Assembly (NCBI GenBank): GCA_028688415.1
Contig: JAQTYF010000001.1
Coordinates: 530,627-575,894 of the forward strand
Source: Candidatus Moraniibacteriota bacterium
GTDB lineage: Bacteria > Patescibacteriota > Minisyncoccia > Moranbacterales > UBA1568
Length of the DNA stretch: 45,268 nt
Direction: 5' to 3'
This document shows positions 17,984-27,862 of this stretch, one piece after another. The notes beneath the pieces are model-generated. The model was not told the origin of the DNA and searched no databases. It saw only the letters and a list, made by a program, of their open reading frames with translations. Made by a program: the position numbers and the translations under genes. How positions within the stretch are numbered: position 1 is the first letter of the stretch; each line of letters opens with the position of its first letter.

Positions 17984-18508
17984 TTATTTGTTGTAATGTA
18001 CAATAAATTCACTGGGGTTTTCCCACCATTCTGGACGAGTACGCCTCTCACCTTCCTTCCAATATCCTGGTAAAACCTCCTTCTTCCATGGACCTGTATA
18101 AATAGCAAAATGGAGATGAGCCTTCCAGAAACCATTTTCTGGAGTAAAGCTTTCTCCAATGAAACCAAGCGGCTCACCAATTTCTACCTTGTCATCGATG
18201 CGTTTGAAACACGCTCCCAAATGAGCATACACAGAATAAAATACTCTCCTCGTTCTTGGTTGTTTATGTCGAATGATGAGAATATTTCCCCAATTTCCTT
18301 TTTCTGCTATTCCTGGATGGAGTGCAGCGTATACTACTTTGCCTCTCCCACAAGCACGCACATCAGTACCTGCCGGAGCTTCACAGTCTTCTCCGAGATG
18401 TATCCCCCACAGCACTCCATCATAGACAGAACGTTTTCCAAACGGCACACCGTTGACAGCATACTGATCTATAGGAAATACCAAAGATGGAGTAACGAGA
18501 TGTGCCAT
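17984..18508 (-). CDS. M23 family metallopeptidase (LytM-like)
   Basis: HLGEDCEAPAGTDV, YSVYAHL and AHLHFAIY motifs. Start is 18508 or 18529. Confidence 0.8.
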   Translation of the reverse strand: MAHLVTPSLVFPIDQYAVNGVPFGKRSVYDGVLWGIHLGEDCEAPAGTDVRACGRGKVVYAALHPGIAEKGNWGNILIIRHKQPRTRRVFYSVYAHLGACFKRIDDKVEIGEPLGFIGESFTPENGFWKAHLHFAIYTGPWKKEVLPGYWKEGERRTRPEWWENPSEFIVHYNK

Positions 18509-18604
18509 AGTATATACTTTATTATGCACATTTTATCATGAAAACCACCTCTCGTCAATAATCACTTCCCCAATACAAGCCAAAAAAATAATAAATATTT
18601 TCCC

Positions 18605-19135
18605 TTAATCATTTTCTCGTGTGACTCTATAACGCGTCCATGCAAATCGAACGGTAATAAAAACGCTTACACAAAAAAGAAAGAAGAAGCACAAGAGAGA
18701 CCAATCTGCTATCGAAAGACCAAAAATCGTGAAATCTCGCGAAACACAACTCCCGATACCTCCCAAGGCCAACATAACAGAATCAAAAAAGGAACCAAAA
18801 GGAACCACACATTTCGTTGCATCAGTCACAATGGAATACTGCTGTAACCACACTTGTCGTCCAGCGATTGCACCTCCGATAAGGGAAAGAAACATCATCA
18901 AAATACCGGAGAAATAAACACTTCTCTTTCTTGGCCAACCAAAAGAAGCGATAAGAGCAACAAGACCGATGAAAAAATAAAAAAAACGCTGCAAAATACA
19001 CAGAGGACAAGGAACCTGCGAAACAAAATATTGCAAGAAGAATGCAGACAAAAGCAAACCTCCACAAAAAAGAGCTACAAGACGGAAGATGGTTCTATTG
19101 TCAATTTGAAAAATATTCATCATTTCTTCCTTCAA
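18605..19135 (-). CDS. Disulfide bond formation protein DsbB/BdbC family
   Basis: Four TM segments, CPLCILQR (CxxC) and a second Cys pair in the distal loop. Confidence 0.75.
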   Translation of the reverse strand: MKEEMMNIFQIDNRTIFRLVALFCGGLLLSAFFLQYFVSQVPCPLCILQRFFYFFIGLVALIASFGWPRKRSVYFSGILMMFLSLIGGAIAGRQVWLQQYSIVTDATKCVVPFGSFFDSVMLALGGIGSCVSRDFTIFGLSIADWSLLCFFFLFCVSVFITVRFAWTRYRVTREND

Positions 19136-19149
19136 AAAAGTATTGTTTT

Positions 19150-19803
19150 TTATTGTTTTGGCATTTTGAGAACATCGATCACTTTTCCATTGATCACAAA
19201 ATTGTCCTCAGGTGTGAGAAAAATAGGCTTATGTGCTTTATCTGTCGATTCTGGGAGGAGAGCAATTGTCTTTCCATCGACAGAACGATAGGTCTTGACG
19301 GTTGCGAGACCATCGATGACGACCAAAACCCTGTCCCCATTATGATACTCTTTTGTCTGTGCGTCTACAAGAATGAAATCGCCACTCTGAATAGTTTTCC
19401 CATTCACTTTTGCTTTGTTCATCGATGTTCCTGATATTTGTACCGCAAAAACATTTCTATCCTTGACGAGACGCTTCGAAACACGCATATAGCCCTCGAT
19501 ATACTGATCAGCAAACATCGTCGCTGCACCAGCACTCGATGCTCCAAAAACTGGCACATTGATAAAAGTATCTGCATTCACTCCCTTGAGAAGTATTCCT
19601 CTATCCTCTGATGTGCGTTCTATATACCCCTTTTCTTCAAGAGCATTGAGATAAAGAAAAAAACTTCGAAGACTTTTCAGCTTGAGACCGAGTTTTCCTG
19701 TCTCAGTCTTGATTTCTCGTATGGTCGGCATTTCACCATTCTCTGTGAAATACGTTTTGATAGCCTGCAAGACAATTTTTTGCTTTTGTGTGAGAATTTG
19801 CAT
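19150..19803 (-). CDS. lexA: LexA repressor (S24 peptidase)
   Basis: N-terminal wHTH (LTQKQKIVLQAIKTYFTENGEMPTIREI), Ala-Gly site (SSAGAA), GTSM Ser motif, and a C-terminal Lys (NGKVIDVLK). Confidence 0.9.
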   Translation of the reverse strand: MQILTQKQKIVLQAIKTYFTENGEMPTIREIKTETGKLGLKLKSLRSFFLYLNALEEKGYIERTSEDRGILLKGVNADTFINVPVFGASSAGAATMFADQYIEGYMRVSKRLVKDRNVFAVQISGTSMNKAKVNGKTIQSGDFILVDAQTKEYHNGDRVLVVIDGLATVKTYRSVDGKTIALLPESTDKAHKPIFLTPEDNFVINGKVIDVLKMPKQ

Positions 19804-19832
19804 ATTTTTTGTTTACAATACTTACATACACT

Positions 19833-19862
19833 ATGATACACTATCTCTCATCATCTTGTCAA
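19833..19862 (-). promoter_or_regulatory. lexA promoter
   Basis: Minus strand TTGACA-18 nt-TATCAT. The leader downstream is near-identical to the toxin gene leader at 31615-31648. Confidence 0.6.
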
Positions 19863-19921
19863 CCTGTTACATAATAATAAAAATACTCCCTTTTGAGAGC
19901 ATTTTCATACACTATTCTATT

Positions 19922-22099
19922 TTACCAAAGTGTTGTCTCTTTCCAATTGAAATCACAATAACGTGTACCAGAAACACCGTTACAGTCGAGATTCACTGTT
20001 CCTCCACTACCATTATGACAATAAAGTTCTTGAGGAGAAGTTCCGCTTACAGTATTATGAGAACACACACCCGCTTGTTGCACACCACAATTGACTGTTT
20101 CATCACAGAGCACTTGTGCTGTCGTAAATACCGTCGGCAGAGGGAGGCTCGACTGAAACGTAATCCTTTCTCGTAATGTATCTCGTGTACCCAATGCTGA
20201 AGTAGACTTCACGACAAATACCGATGAAGAAGATCCTGTGGCCGGTTGTCGATTGATATCATTATCCAGAAGGTCTATGGCACTATCAGGAGTATCAGTA
20301 GCCTGCCACAATCCAGAAACAGAGATGTCTCCATTTCCTGAGCAATTTCCGATACCATAACACGCATAGAGAGTGACTGATGCGTTCGAAAAAGTCTGAT
20401 TCGTACGAGTCACTCCATTTCCATCACACGGTGTCGAACAGATATTCAATACTTTTGGTTGACACGTCTGACTAGCACTGTCATATCCATAACCCGCATT
20501 ACAAGAAAACTCGCAGACGACACCTGGTCTGTTTATTTCTGAAAAAACAGTGTCTCCGAATGCGATATCGCCTGGATAGAAAGAAGCATTTGTAGGAGGA
20601 TTTCCGTTACAATATGCTACCGTGACTCCTACAGGACGTCTATCAGAAGGAAATCCCATTGAATCAAAACACCTCAAATAGAATGTTGTGTCTCTATCAA
20701 CATATACCGTATCAGAACCTGCTAGGTTTGATCCAGATGTAGGTTTTACAGTCGGAATAAGTCCCCATCCTGCAACTTGTGGATCATTATTGTTTGAGTC
20801 AAGGGCTGCACCTTCACAATGCCCCCCCACAATGTTTGGATTTCCATTCGGCCACACACTCCAAGAGAGTAACACATTGCCAGGACCATTAATCTCGATG
20901 TCATTTCCAAGATATGATGATCCTTCCGGAGCGCCATCAAAATAAACAATTGGTTTGGGAGTCGCCTCTCTACAAACAGGACTATCGACACCTACAGGGT
21001 TTCCAGCACCAAGACATGTCCATCGGTACTCGCCCATGACATCAGCTGGATCTTCGGAACGGATACCTGATGAACATCCATGACTTTCTGGGTAACCAGC
21101 ATTGTATCCCCCAGGATGACAGACTCCGTCTTTTGTGCCCAATCTCGCATCGTGACAGGACACTCCTATACTCGATGTGGGTGCGCTAAATCCCGTACTG
21201 TTCCATGCGTGCATCCAGAACCTATACTGTCCGTCGAGAAATTGACCATTGATACGATAGGAGAGTTTTCCTGCCGGATCTCCTGAGGCATGAATCCCTA
21301 CTGGTGCTCCATCGTCGACAGCTCCGTTGCCGATTTGCATATCTGATCTATTTGCTGATGCTGGATATCTCACACGAAGAGGATAATTGATAGCTCCCTG
21401 TGATTCATACCATGAAACATCCATCCAGTATGATCCGGTGTTCATATTCGGTGTACACCGTACACTCACATTTGTCGGCGGACTCAGAGGCTTGGTTTCA
21501 GTACATTGTGCGTTTGTTCCTCCTCCTATGCCATTACACGACCATTGCCATTCTGTACCTGTCTCGCTCGGAGAAGCAGAATTTCCAGTAGTACAATTGT
21601 TATGAGTAGTCGCACAAGCACCATTAATAACAGATGTAACAGTATATGAAAGAGAGTGACTCTTATCTTGAACACCACTTATCCACTGACCAGAAGCGTG
21701 ATAATAATTAGACCAAGCCCATAATCCAAGAGAGTATGTCCCGGGCACAGACTCGGCAGTCTTTGTGACAATAGCAGATTCAGAAAACCACGGCCTAGGC
21801 GTGCCCGTACTAATCCCCCTCCAAAGATACGGAGGCAAGGGAGCATTTACAACAAAAAACTCTTTCACATACCACCATCCTTGATTTGCATCTGCCTTCA
21901 GACTTATTTTTATAGTTTCACCAGGTAAATAAATATCCTTATCTGTATATGCTGTGAACGATGCATATCTATGTGGATCATCGATATTACCAGTCAGTGA
22001 AAATTGTATCGAAGATGCATAAACAACTTCCTTTTGAAAAATAAGTCCCAAAAATATAAGACATACGGACATCAAAAATTTTATTACAATGCACCTCAT
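19922..22099 (-). CDS. Large secreted Cys-rich protein (hypothetical)
   Basis: 725 aa with a signal/anchor N-terminus and repeated Cys-containing modules with W-x-C-x-G signatures (EWQWSCNGIGGG..C; EYRWTCLGAGNP..C). Confidence 0.7.
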   Translation of the reverse strand: MRCIVIKFLMSVCLIFLGLIFQKEVVYASSIQFSLTGNIDDPHRYASFTAYTDKDIYLPGETIKISLKADANQGWWYVKEFFVVNAPLPPYLWRGISTGTPRPWFSESAIVTKTAESVPGTYSLGLWAWSNYYHASGQWISGVQDKSHSLSYTVTSVINGACATTHNNCTTGNSASPSETGTEWQWSCNGIGGGTNAQCTETKPLSPPTNVSVRCTPNMNTGSYWMDVSWYESQGAINYPLRVRYPASANRSDMQIGNGAVDDGAPVGIHASGDPAGKLSYRINGQFLDGQYRFWMHAWNSTGFSAPTSSIGVSCHDARLGTKDGVCHPGGYNAGYPESHGCSSGIRSEDPADVMGEYRWTCLGAGNPVGVDSPVCREATPKPIVYFDGAPEGSSYLGNDIEINGPGNVLLSWSVWPNGNPNIVGGHCEGAALDSNNNDPQVAGWGLIPTVKPTSGSNLAGSDTVYVDRDTTFYLRCFDSMGFPSDRRPVGVTVAYCNGNPPTNASFYPGDIAFGDTVFSEINRPGVVCEFSCNAGYGYDSASQTCQPKVLNICSTPCDGNGVTRTNQTFSNASVTLYACYGIGNCSGNGDISVSGLWQATDTPDSAIDLLDNDINRQPATGSSSSVFVVKSTSALGTRDTLRERITFQSSLPLPTVFTTAQVLCDETVNCGVQQAGVCSHNTVSGTSPQELYCHNGSGGTVNLDCNGVSGTRYCDFNWKETTLW

Positions 22100-22118
22100 A
22101 TTTTTTTATTGGAACTTC

Positions 22119-22643
22119 TCATAACTGCGGCTTTAACTCATCAGGAATAGGTATTTGAATTTGCACTTCTTTGGCAACAAACTCTGGCTGATTTTTTATA
22201 TTCTCCTGTGATGTCACCACTACTGTATTTCCAAGAGAGATCTCTATGAAAGGTACGGGTACTGAACCGGTCTCAGTAGCTCTGAGTACCTGAGTATTCT
22301 CATTTATAGTCACCGTATAATCATTTATGGCTGGTTCTCGAGAAAAAGGATCTCCAATTATTGATTCAGAATGTATTACAATACGATTTCCTTCTACAGA
22401 ATTCACAGTGCCTGCTATGAAACGAATATCGTCTAATTCTGTGTTGACAAATTCCCACAACCTACTCCCTTCAACAAGTTTTCGGGCGGCATGAAAACCA
22501 GCCTGATATGCAGGACTGTTTGTATCAATATTTGATTGAGAACTGTTTTTCAACGAATAAAAACGAACAGAAAGTAGACTGCCAGACACACAGCCGAGAA
22601 AAAACAAAACAATACCCAAAAGAATAAATATTTTCCAAGACAT
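22119..22643 (-). CDS. Hypothetical membrane-anchored protein
   Basis: 174 aa with an N-terminal TM. Lies immediately upstream of the 725-aa gene on the same strand. Confidence 0.6.
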   Translation of the reverse strand: MSWKIFILLGIVLFFLGCVSGSLLSVRFYSLKNSSQSNIDTNSPAYQAGFHAARKLVEGSRLWEFVNTELDDIRFIAGTVNSVEGNRIVIHSESIIGDPFSREPAINDYTVTINENTQVLRATETGSVPVPFIEISLGNTVVVTSQENIKNQPEFVAKEVQIQIPIPDELKPQL

Positions 22644-22795
22644 ATTTTTCTTTTTACGCTTTTAATTTTGCTTCTATTGTACTCCTACCTAATAAAATTG
22701 CCAAATGTTTTTTCTTTATAAAAAAAATCAAGGAACTTACTAGAAATTCCTCGACTTCGATTTTCTTACTACTTTTACTAGAAAAGATTTTTTTT

Positions 22796-24442
22796 CTACT
22801 CCTTTATTGAAGCATTGATAGTGATCAATGCATCTTGCGTACTTTCAAATACTCGTTCATTATCATGCAATATCACAAACCATTTTTCCTTTTTGAGAGA
22901 ATCATTAATAAGGCTTCCTACTGCTGTGATATAAACCTTCTTCCCCTTTGCTTCAAAAATATCGATTATCTCTTTGAGACCGGTCACGCCATCCATATCC
23001 ATAAAAAACAGATTGCGCAGACTAAGTACTGCGAACTGCGCTCCGCCATTCATTGCTTCCACTGTATTGATATGCGATTGAATATTGACATAGGTGAGCT
23101 GTCCTGCAAATCGATAAACAATCACATCACCATGATCTTTGATTTTGATTATTTTTGCAGCATTTACTCGTTTAATAATTTTTTTATCCTTATTAATGGT
23201 AATTTCTGCTTCAGATTTCGATGTCTTGTCAACAAAGATAAGAAGGGCAACAGCAGAACCGATCAAAAGCCCAGCCATCGGATCCATCACGATAGTGACG
23301 AGAGCAACCAGCATCGAGACAAAAAGAGCTGACTTATCGTTATTATAAATATGGATATAGTGTTTCTTCTCGACCATCTGGATTGCCACAAATACGAGTA
23401 CAGAACCAATCACTGGAAGAGGAAGAAAGGTAAAAACCGAGAGAAACAATATCGAGATAAGCAGAACGAAAATACTATTAATAGTTGCTGACATCTGATC
23501 ATTGGCACCACTCTTGATATTGAGAGCGGTGCGCGCGAGAGCAGCTGTCGCCGGGATACCTCCGAATACACCCGATGCGACATTAGCGAGACCGACACCA
23601 AGCACTTCTTTTCGTACATTGTGTTTTGTCTTGGTCATACCATCTGCGACTTTGGCAGAGAGAAGTGTCTCGAGAATAGCGACAAGACTGATAGCAAGGG
23701 CCCCGACGATCACATCTTCATTGATCACAAAAGATATCTTTGGTATAGACCAGAGACTTCCAGAAATATCACCGAACTTCGTAAACAACGTCTGAAAATG
23801 AATATTAAAAAGCATACTTTTCTGAGAAAGATACCCAAGGAAGATACCTACTGGAGCAAGTACGATCACGCCTGGTATGGTAGGATAAAACTTCTTCCAC
23901 ACAAACAAGAATGTGAGACCGACAGAGAACAAAATAAGTGCACTCATCTGGAACGCGTCGATATGAAGCAATGTTTCATGAATATTTTCGATCAGTTTTT
24001 CATGAGAAACAAGGTTCTCCAGTCCCAAAGCAAAATTCAACTGCCCGAGTCCAATAATAAACGCTACGCCAAGAGTAAATCCATGTACAACGTTAGAAGG
24101 AACGAAAATGATGTACCGTTCCCAATGAAAAAGAAAAACAAGAAGAATAAATACTCCGGAAAGGATAGCCATAAACGGTAAAATAGTGATACCATACGTC
24201 ATTCCATATACAATCAAGAGACCAGACAATGCTCCTGTTGGTCCGACGATATTGAATCTGCTCCCTCCGAAGAAAGAAGCAACGAGACCCGCCCAAATAG
24301 CCGTAATCACCCCCATAAGTGGTGTCGCCCCTGCCGCTACCGCGAGTGAGATAGAAAGTGGTACGGAAACAAAAGAAACAGTGAGACCCGATTTCCAATT
24401 TTGTTCAATTCTCTCTCGTATACTCATTTTTTTTCTATTCAT
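22796..24442 (-). CDS. SulP family anion transporter with C-terminal STAS domain
   Basis: Polytopic core (GPTGALSGLL, ALARTALNIKSGA) plus a STAS-like tail. Confidence 0.85.
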   Translation of the reverse strand: MNRKKMSIRERIEQNWKSGLTVSFVSVPLSISLAVAAGATPLMGVITAIWAGLVASFFGGSRFNIVGPTGALSGLLIVYGMTYGITILPFMAILSGVFILLVFLFHWERYIIFVPSNVVHGFTLGVAFIIGLGQLNFALGLENLVSHEKLIENIHETLLHIDAFQMSALILFSVGLTFLFVWKKFYPTIPGVIVLAPVGIFLGYLSQKSMLFNIHFQTLFTKFGDISGSLWSIPKISFVINEDVIVGALAISLVAILETLLSAKVADGMTKTKHNVRKEVLGVGLANVASGVFGGIPATAALARTALNIKSGANDQMSATINSIFVLLISILFLSVFTFLPLPVIGSVLVFVAIQMVEKKHYIHIYNNDKSALFVSMLVALVTIVMDPMAGLLIGSAVALLIFVDKTSKSEAEITINKDKKIIKRVNAAKIIKIKDHGDVIVYRFAGQLTYVNIQSHINTVEAMNGGAQFAVLSLRNLFFMDMDGVTGLKEIIDIFEAKGKKVYITAVGSLINDSLKKEKWFVILHDNERVFESTQDALITINASIKE

Positions 24443-24522
24443 AGAGAAAAAGTATTAAAAAAAATAAAACGGAGAAATATATATCTCTCCCCTTCCTTTA
24501 TTTGAACAGTATAACGTCCTCA

Positions 24523-24550
24523 ATTATACTCTCGCTCTATTCTTTGTCAA
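24523..24550 (-). promoter_or_regulatory. Promoter of the SulP gene
   Basis: Minus strand TTGACA-16 nt-TATAAT. Confidence 0.6.
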
Positions 24551-24575
24551 TCGTATCTTGAGACAGTCTGTGTGA

Positions 24576-25448
24576 TCATCCTAATACCTCTCCTGTCCAA
24601 TTCTCACTAATACTTGCAGTACCGTCTTTATGAAAAACAATGTACGAAGCATCGAAAGTTTTGACAAGAAGCTCATAATTCTCAACTGGAGCAAAAAACA
24701 ACCCAGAGGTCATACAATCAGCTGAAAAAGCACTTGATGCTACTGCTGTACAGCCAATGATATCGTCTACAGACTTCTTCTCTCGAACATCGATCAGATG
24801 ATGCCATTTCCCGAAACGACGGCGAAAGACATCCGATACTGCTATCCCTTGATTCCCGAGATGGACGATACTTGCTGCGGTATCTGGTTTCCCTGGATAT
24901 TCCACTGCTATTCGGAAAGGACTACCGTCAGCCTTTGTTGTTGCTACCATATCTCCACCACCTTCGACGAGAAAATATTCGTATCCGGCATGACGGAGAA
25001 TCGAAGCAACACCATCAATACAGTACCCCTTCCCTATACCTCCCAAATCAAAAGCAATCGGTCCATCAATACTCAGATTCTTCTCCACAAGCGACCAATG
25101 AGGAATACCACTTCCTTCTTTCCTTTTTAGAGGAGTAAATCCTTTTTTGGTACCATAACCAGCATCTTCAAGCAGTGTTGCTACAGCAGGATCATATCTG
25201 CTATTCGAGAGCATACGGAGACGATCCGCTGTTTTGAGAAGCAATAAAAAATCAGAGGAAAGCGTATACTCACCTGCCTCTGATTCTCGAAAAGCATTGA
25301 CTTCAGACTGTGGGAGAAATCGAGAGAAACGTTTCTCGAAAGTTTCCGTATAGTTCAAAATATCATTCTTCACTTCGGGACGAACAACATCTCCATCTAT
25401 CATTACAGACCATCCTGTGCCCAATCCAGAGAAAGAAAATGCTTCCAT
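24576..25448 (-). CDS. apbE: FAD:protein FMN transferase (ApbE family)
   Basis: AFDLGGIGKGYCIDG and VEGGGDM motifs, with family-typical length. Confidence 0.85.
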   Translation of the reverse strand: MEAFSFSGLGTGWSVMIDGDVVRPEVKNDILNYTETFEKRFSRFLPQSEVNAFRESEAGEYTLSSDFLLLLKTADRLRMLSNSRYDPAVATLLEDAGYGTKKGFTPLKRKEGSGIPHWSLVEKNLSIDGPIAFDLGGIGKGYCIDGVASILRHAGYEYFLVEGGGDMVATTKADGSPFRIAVEYPGKPDTAASIVHLGNQGIAVSDVFRRRFGKWHHLIDVREKKSVDDIIGCTAVASSAFSADCMTSGLFFAPVENYELLVKTFDASYIVFHKDGTASISENWTGEVLG

Positions 25449-25461
25449 TACAGAAATGTGT

Positions 25462-25902
25462 TTAAAGTTGTGCCTTCAAGATATCAATGACGCTATTGAA
25501 AGCATCGGTAGTATATGTCGAAGTACCAATCTTATCTACAGGACCAAGATCGCTCATTTTTTGTCCCTTGATAATCTTTACCAATCCTTCGTTGAAAGCC
25601 TTCTTCTTCTCAGGAACTTTTTTGGTTTCAGCATCCAATACGAGAACATCTGTAATTACTCCTTCTTTATCGACAGTGACAACAAACTGCAGTGTGTCTT
25701 CTTTGTCTTCCGTAGCCATGTACTTCTTGATAGCAGTGAGTTTCCTCGATTCCGGAACAGTGACACCCGAAAGAGGAACAGAAGCGCTGTCATCGGTATC
25801 AATTTTCACACCGAGGATTTGCGTCGCATACCAGTAGTAAATAAAGGCACTCAACACTACAGCACACAAAATCACTATCGTACTCTTTTTTATTTGTGAC
25901 AT
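25462..25902 (-). CDS. Membrane-anchored FMN-binding-domain-like protein (putative flavinylation substrate)
   Basis: N-terminal TM. The C-terminal DKIGTSTYTTDAF resembles the D-x-x-(S/T)GAT-x-(S/T) flavinylation motif. Adjacent to apbE. Confidence 0.55.
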   Translation of the reverse strand: MSQIKKSTIVILCAVVLSAFIYYWYATQILGVKIDTDDSASVPLSGVTVPESRKLTAIKKYMATEDKEDTLQFVVTVDKEGVITDVLVLDAETKKVPEKKKAFNEGLVKIIKGQKMSDLGPVDKIGTSTYTTDAFNSVIDILKAQL

Positions 25903-25998
25903 ATTTTTATTTTATAACAACACATTATTTTTTATTAGTATACACTTGTTCTGAAAAAAGAGAAAATGTTCTTCATTCTTCTCTTCGAAAAATATTTC

Positions 25999-26301
25999 TT
26001 ACGATCCGAGAAACTCGTACAGAAAAAAGAAGAGTATTGTGAGCCCACCAAAAACAATACTCCAAACGACAGTCCAAGCACCTTTCAAAACACTTTCCGA
26101 TTCTTCTCTCCTACTCAGAATGAAATAGGTCAGGAGAAATGTTGCGAGAGTAATGATTCCCTTGCTCGGCCAATGATGTCCTGTGAGACTCACAAGAAAT
26201 GATTTCAATGGAGCGGAAATCTCCGTGAGAATCGTCAATAATACGATGAGCCATATCGATACCGTTGTAGCACATGTCAGTGCTGTATTGTGTATTTTCA
26301 T
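25999..26301 (-). CDS. Small polytopic membrane protein
   Basis: 100 aa, about 3 TM. ATGA overlap with the upstream gene. Confidence 0.55.
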   Translation of the reverse strand: MKIHNTALTCATTVSIWLIVLLTILTEISAPLKSFLVSLTGHHWPSKGIITLATFLLTYFILSRREESESVLKGAWTVVWSIVFGGLTILFFFLYEFLGS

Positions 26302-26837
26302 AAGAATTTCATCTCAAGAGCGGCCCGGAACCCGCTCGAAATAAGAACTCCCATTCCGGCCATCGCAAATGCGAGGAGAACAACAAGAAACGAAGTGATG
26401 AGAATAGCTTTGCGTGCTTCGAGATTTTCTCTGAGCTCATCTCGGTATCGAGAGAGGAGGCCCCAGACGAGAAATGCGAGAAAAGGAATAAAAAGAAAAA
26501 TGTGCTCTTTGGTCTCAGTGATGACGATATGTGCCCACGGAAATGGCCCCGCCTTGATCACTGGTTTGACGGCAACCGCATAGTCCGTCAAATAGTGCCA
26601 TCCTCCTGCTATCCAGGCGAGGACGAGAAGCACAACACCAATCAATGCAGCCTGGCGAGCCCTCTTCACGCTTGCTTCAGAAGTATTGAGCACCTCTATA
26701 AAAACCCAGAGAAATGCCAGCGCTCCTGCTTCTCCTAAAAATGCGTGCAACCCTACAAGTGTATGCATATGTTTTTTCTCAAAAATAGAGAACGTATATT
26801 TTTGACCGTTCAATATATGTTCACCTCGATAATACAC
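26298..26837 (-). CDS. Polytopic membrane protein with conserved His residues (unknown family)
   Basis: 179 aa, 4-5 TM, with His in or near TM segments (HTLVGLHAF, GGWHYL, PWAHIV). Start uncertain. Confidence 0.5.
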   Translation of the reverse strand: MYYRGEHILNGQKYTFSIFEKKHMHTLVGLHAFLGEAGALAFLWVFIEVLNTSEASVKRARQAALIGVVLLVLAWIAGGWHYLTDYAVAVKPVIKAGPFPWAHIVITETKEHIFLFIPFLAFLVWGLLSRYRDELRENLEARKAILITSFLVVLLAFAMAGMGVLISSGFRAALEMKFL

Positions 26838-26917
26838 CTTTTTCAGAAAAACAAAAAGAGAGATTTTGTATTACCCCTCTTTTTTATGAGAATAAAAACT
26901 GCATCACTTTTATTTTT

Positions 26918-27817
26918 TTATCCACGGACGAGATACACTTTGACGAAACTACTTTTGAGTTCTGATGCTTTCGCTGGCAAAGCTTCGATATTTTTTTCTT
27001 GAGCCAGTTTGAAGATAGCTTCGAGGTTCGCTCGTATCGCTTGGATTTCTCCGTCATTTGCGATTTCTTCTACTGTCTGTAGTGCGATGTTTGCTTGCGG
27101 ATACGCAGATATCACGCCAACGGCATCTTTTGCATTGGCAGGATCGAGGACTTGCTCCATCAGATCATGAAAATCTACCAGCGCGATAGAAAGCATCGAG
27201 AAGCCATTTCTCTTAAACATCTCCTGGGTGATCGGTCGGATCTTCTCCAATGTCAGATGAGCGTTTTTTAGATTACCAGACTCGATTTCGGTACGGAGAC
27301 CAGAGATGAGAATCGCTACCGTATCGAGGTCCCCTACGAACTCTGTATCCCCACGCAGAGCAAATGGTCTGTATGTGGCATATTTCTCCTGAAACTGTGC
27401 GAAAGATGAAACGAGAGCGTCGTAATTCTTGATCGATTCTACTCGTTTCTCTTGTCCGGTTTCGAACAATGTTTGTTTGTAAAAAGCATTCATTGTATTG
27501 AAATCCTCAACAAAGAGTTTCTTGGTCAAGAAATGACTTGCATATCCTCCGCCAAATAATATAATAAGTAGAAATAGTGAAGTACCGATAAGAGACTTTC
27601 CTGTAAATGATGCGTTGTCCTTTGACCAATCGATACGAAGTACCGTATAGAGCGGACAAAATCCTATGAGAGCTGTCACAAGAAAGACAGACGCTATGAG
27701 AGCGAGTACGATACTCCACATCGTTGCGGTCCAGAAGAATGCTCCAAGAAACAATACCTCTGCTACCATTAAACGAAATACTCTCTCCTTTGTCCCTATA
27801 TTTTTTCGCATTTCCAT
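26918..27817 (-). CDS. DUF2892 (YgaP-like TM) domain protein with helical C-terminal domain
   Basis: N-terminus NIGTKERVFRL...GFCPLYTVLRI matches the DUF2892 pattern. A third TM and a roughly 190-aa helical domain follow. Confidence 0.6.
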   Translation of the reverse strand: MEMRKNIGTKERVFRLMVAEVLFLGAFFWTATMWSIVLALIASVFLVTALIGFCPLYTVLRIDWSKDNASFTGKSLIGTSLFLLIILFGGGYASHFLTKKLFVEDFNTMNAFYKQTLFETGQEKRVESIKNYDALVSSFAQFQEKYATYRPFALRGDTEFVGDLDTVAILISGLRTEIESGNLKNAHLTLEKIRPITQEMFKRNGFSMLSIALVDFHDLMEQVLDPANAKDAVGVISAYPQANIALQTVEEIANDGEIQAIRANLEAIFKLAQEKNIEALPAKASELKSSFVKVYLVRG

Positions 27818-27862
27818 AAAAAGAGTTTTTATTCTGAATTATTTTTTAAAGAGTACTCATCC

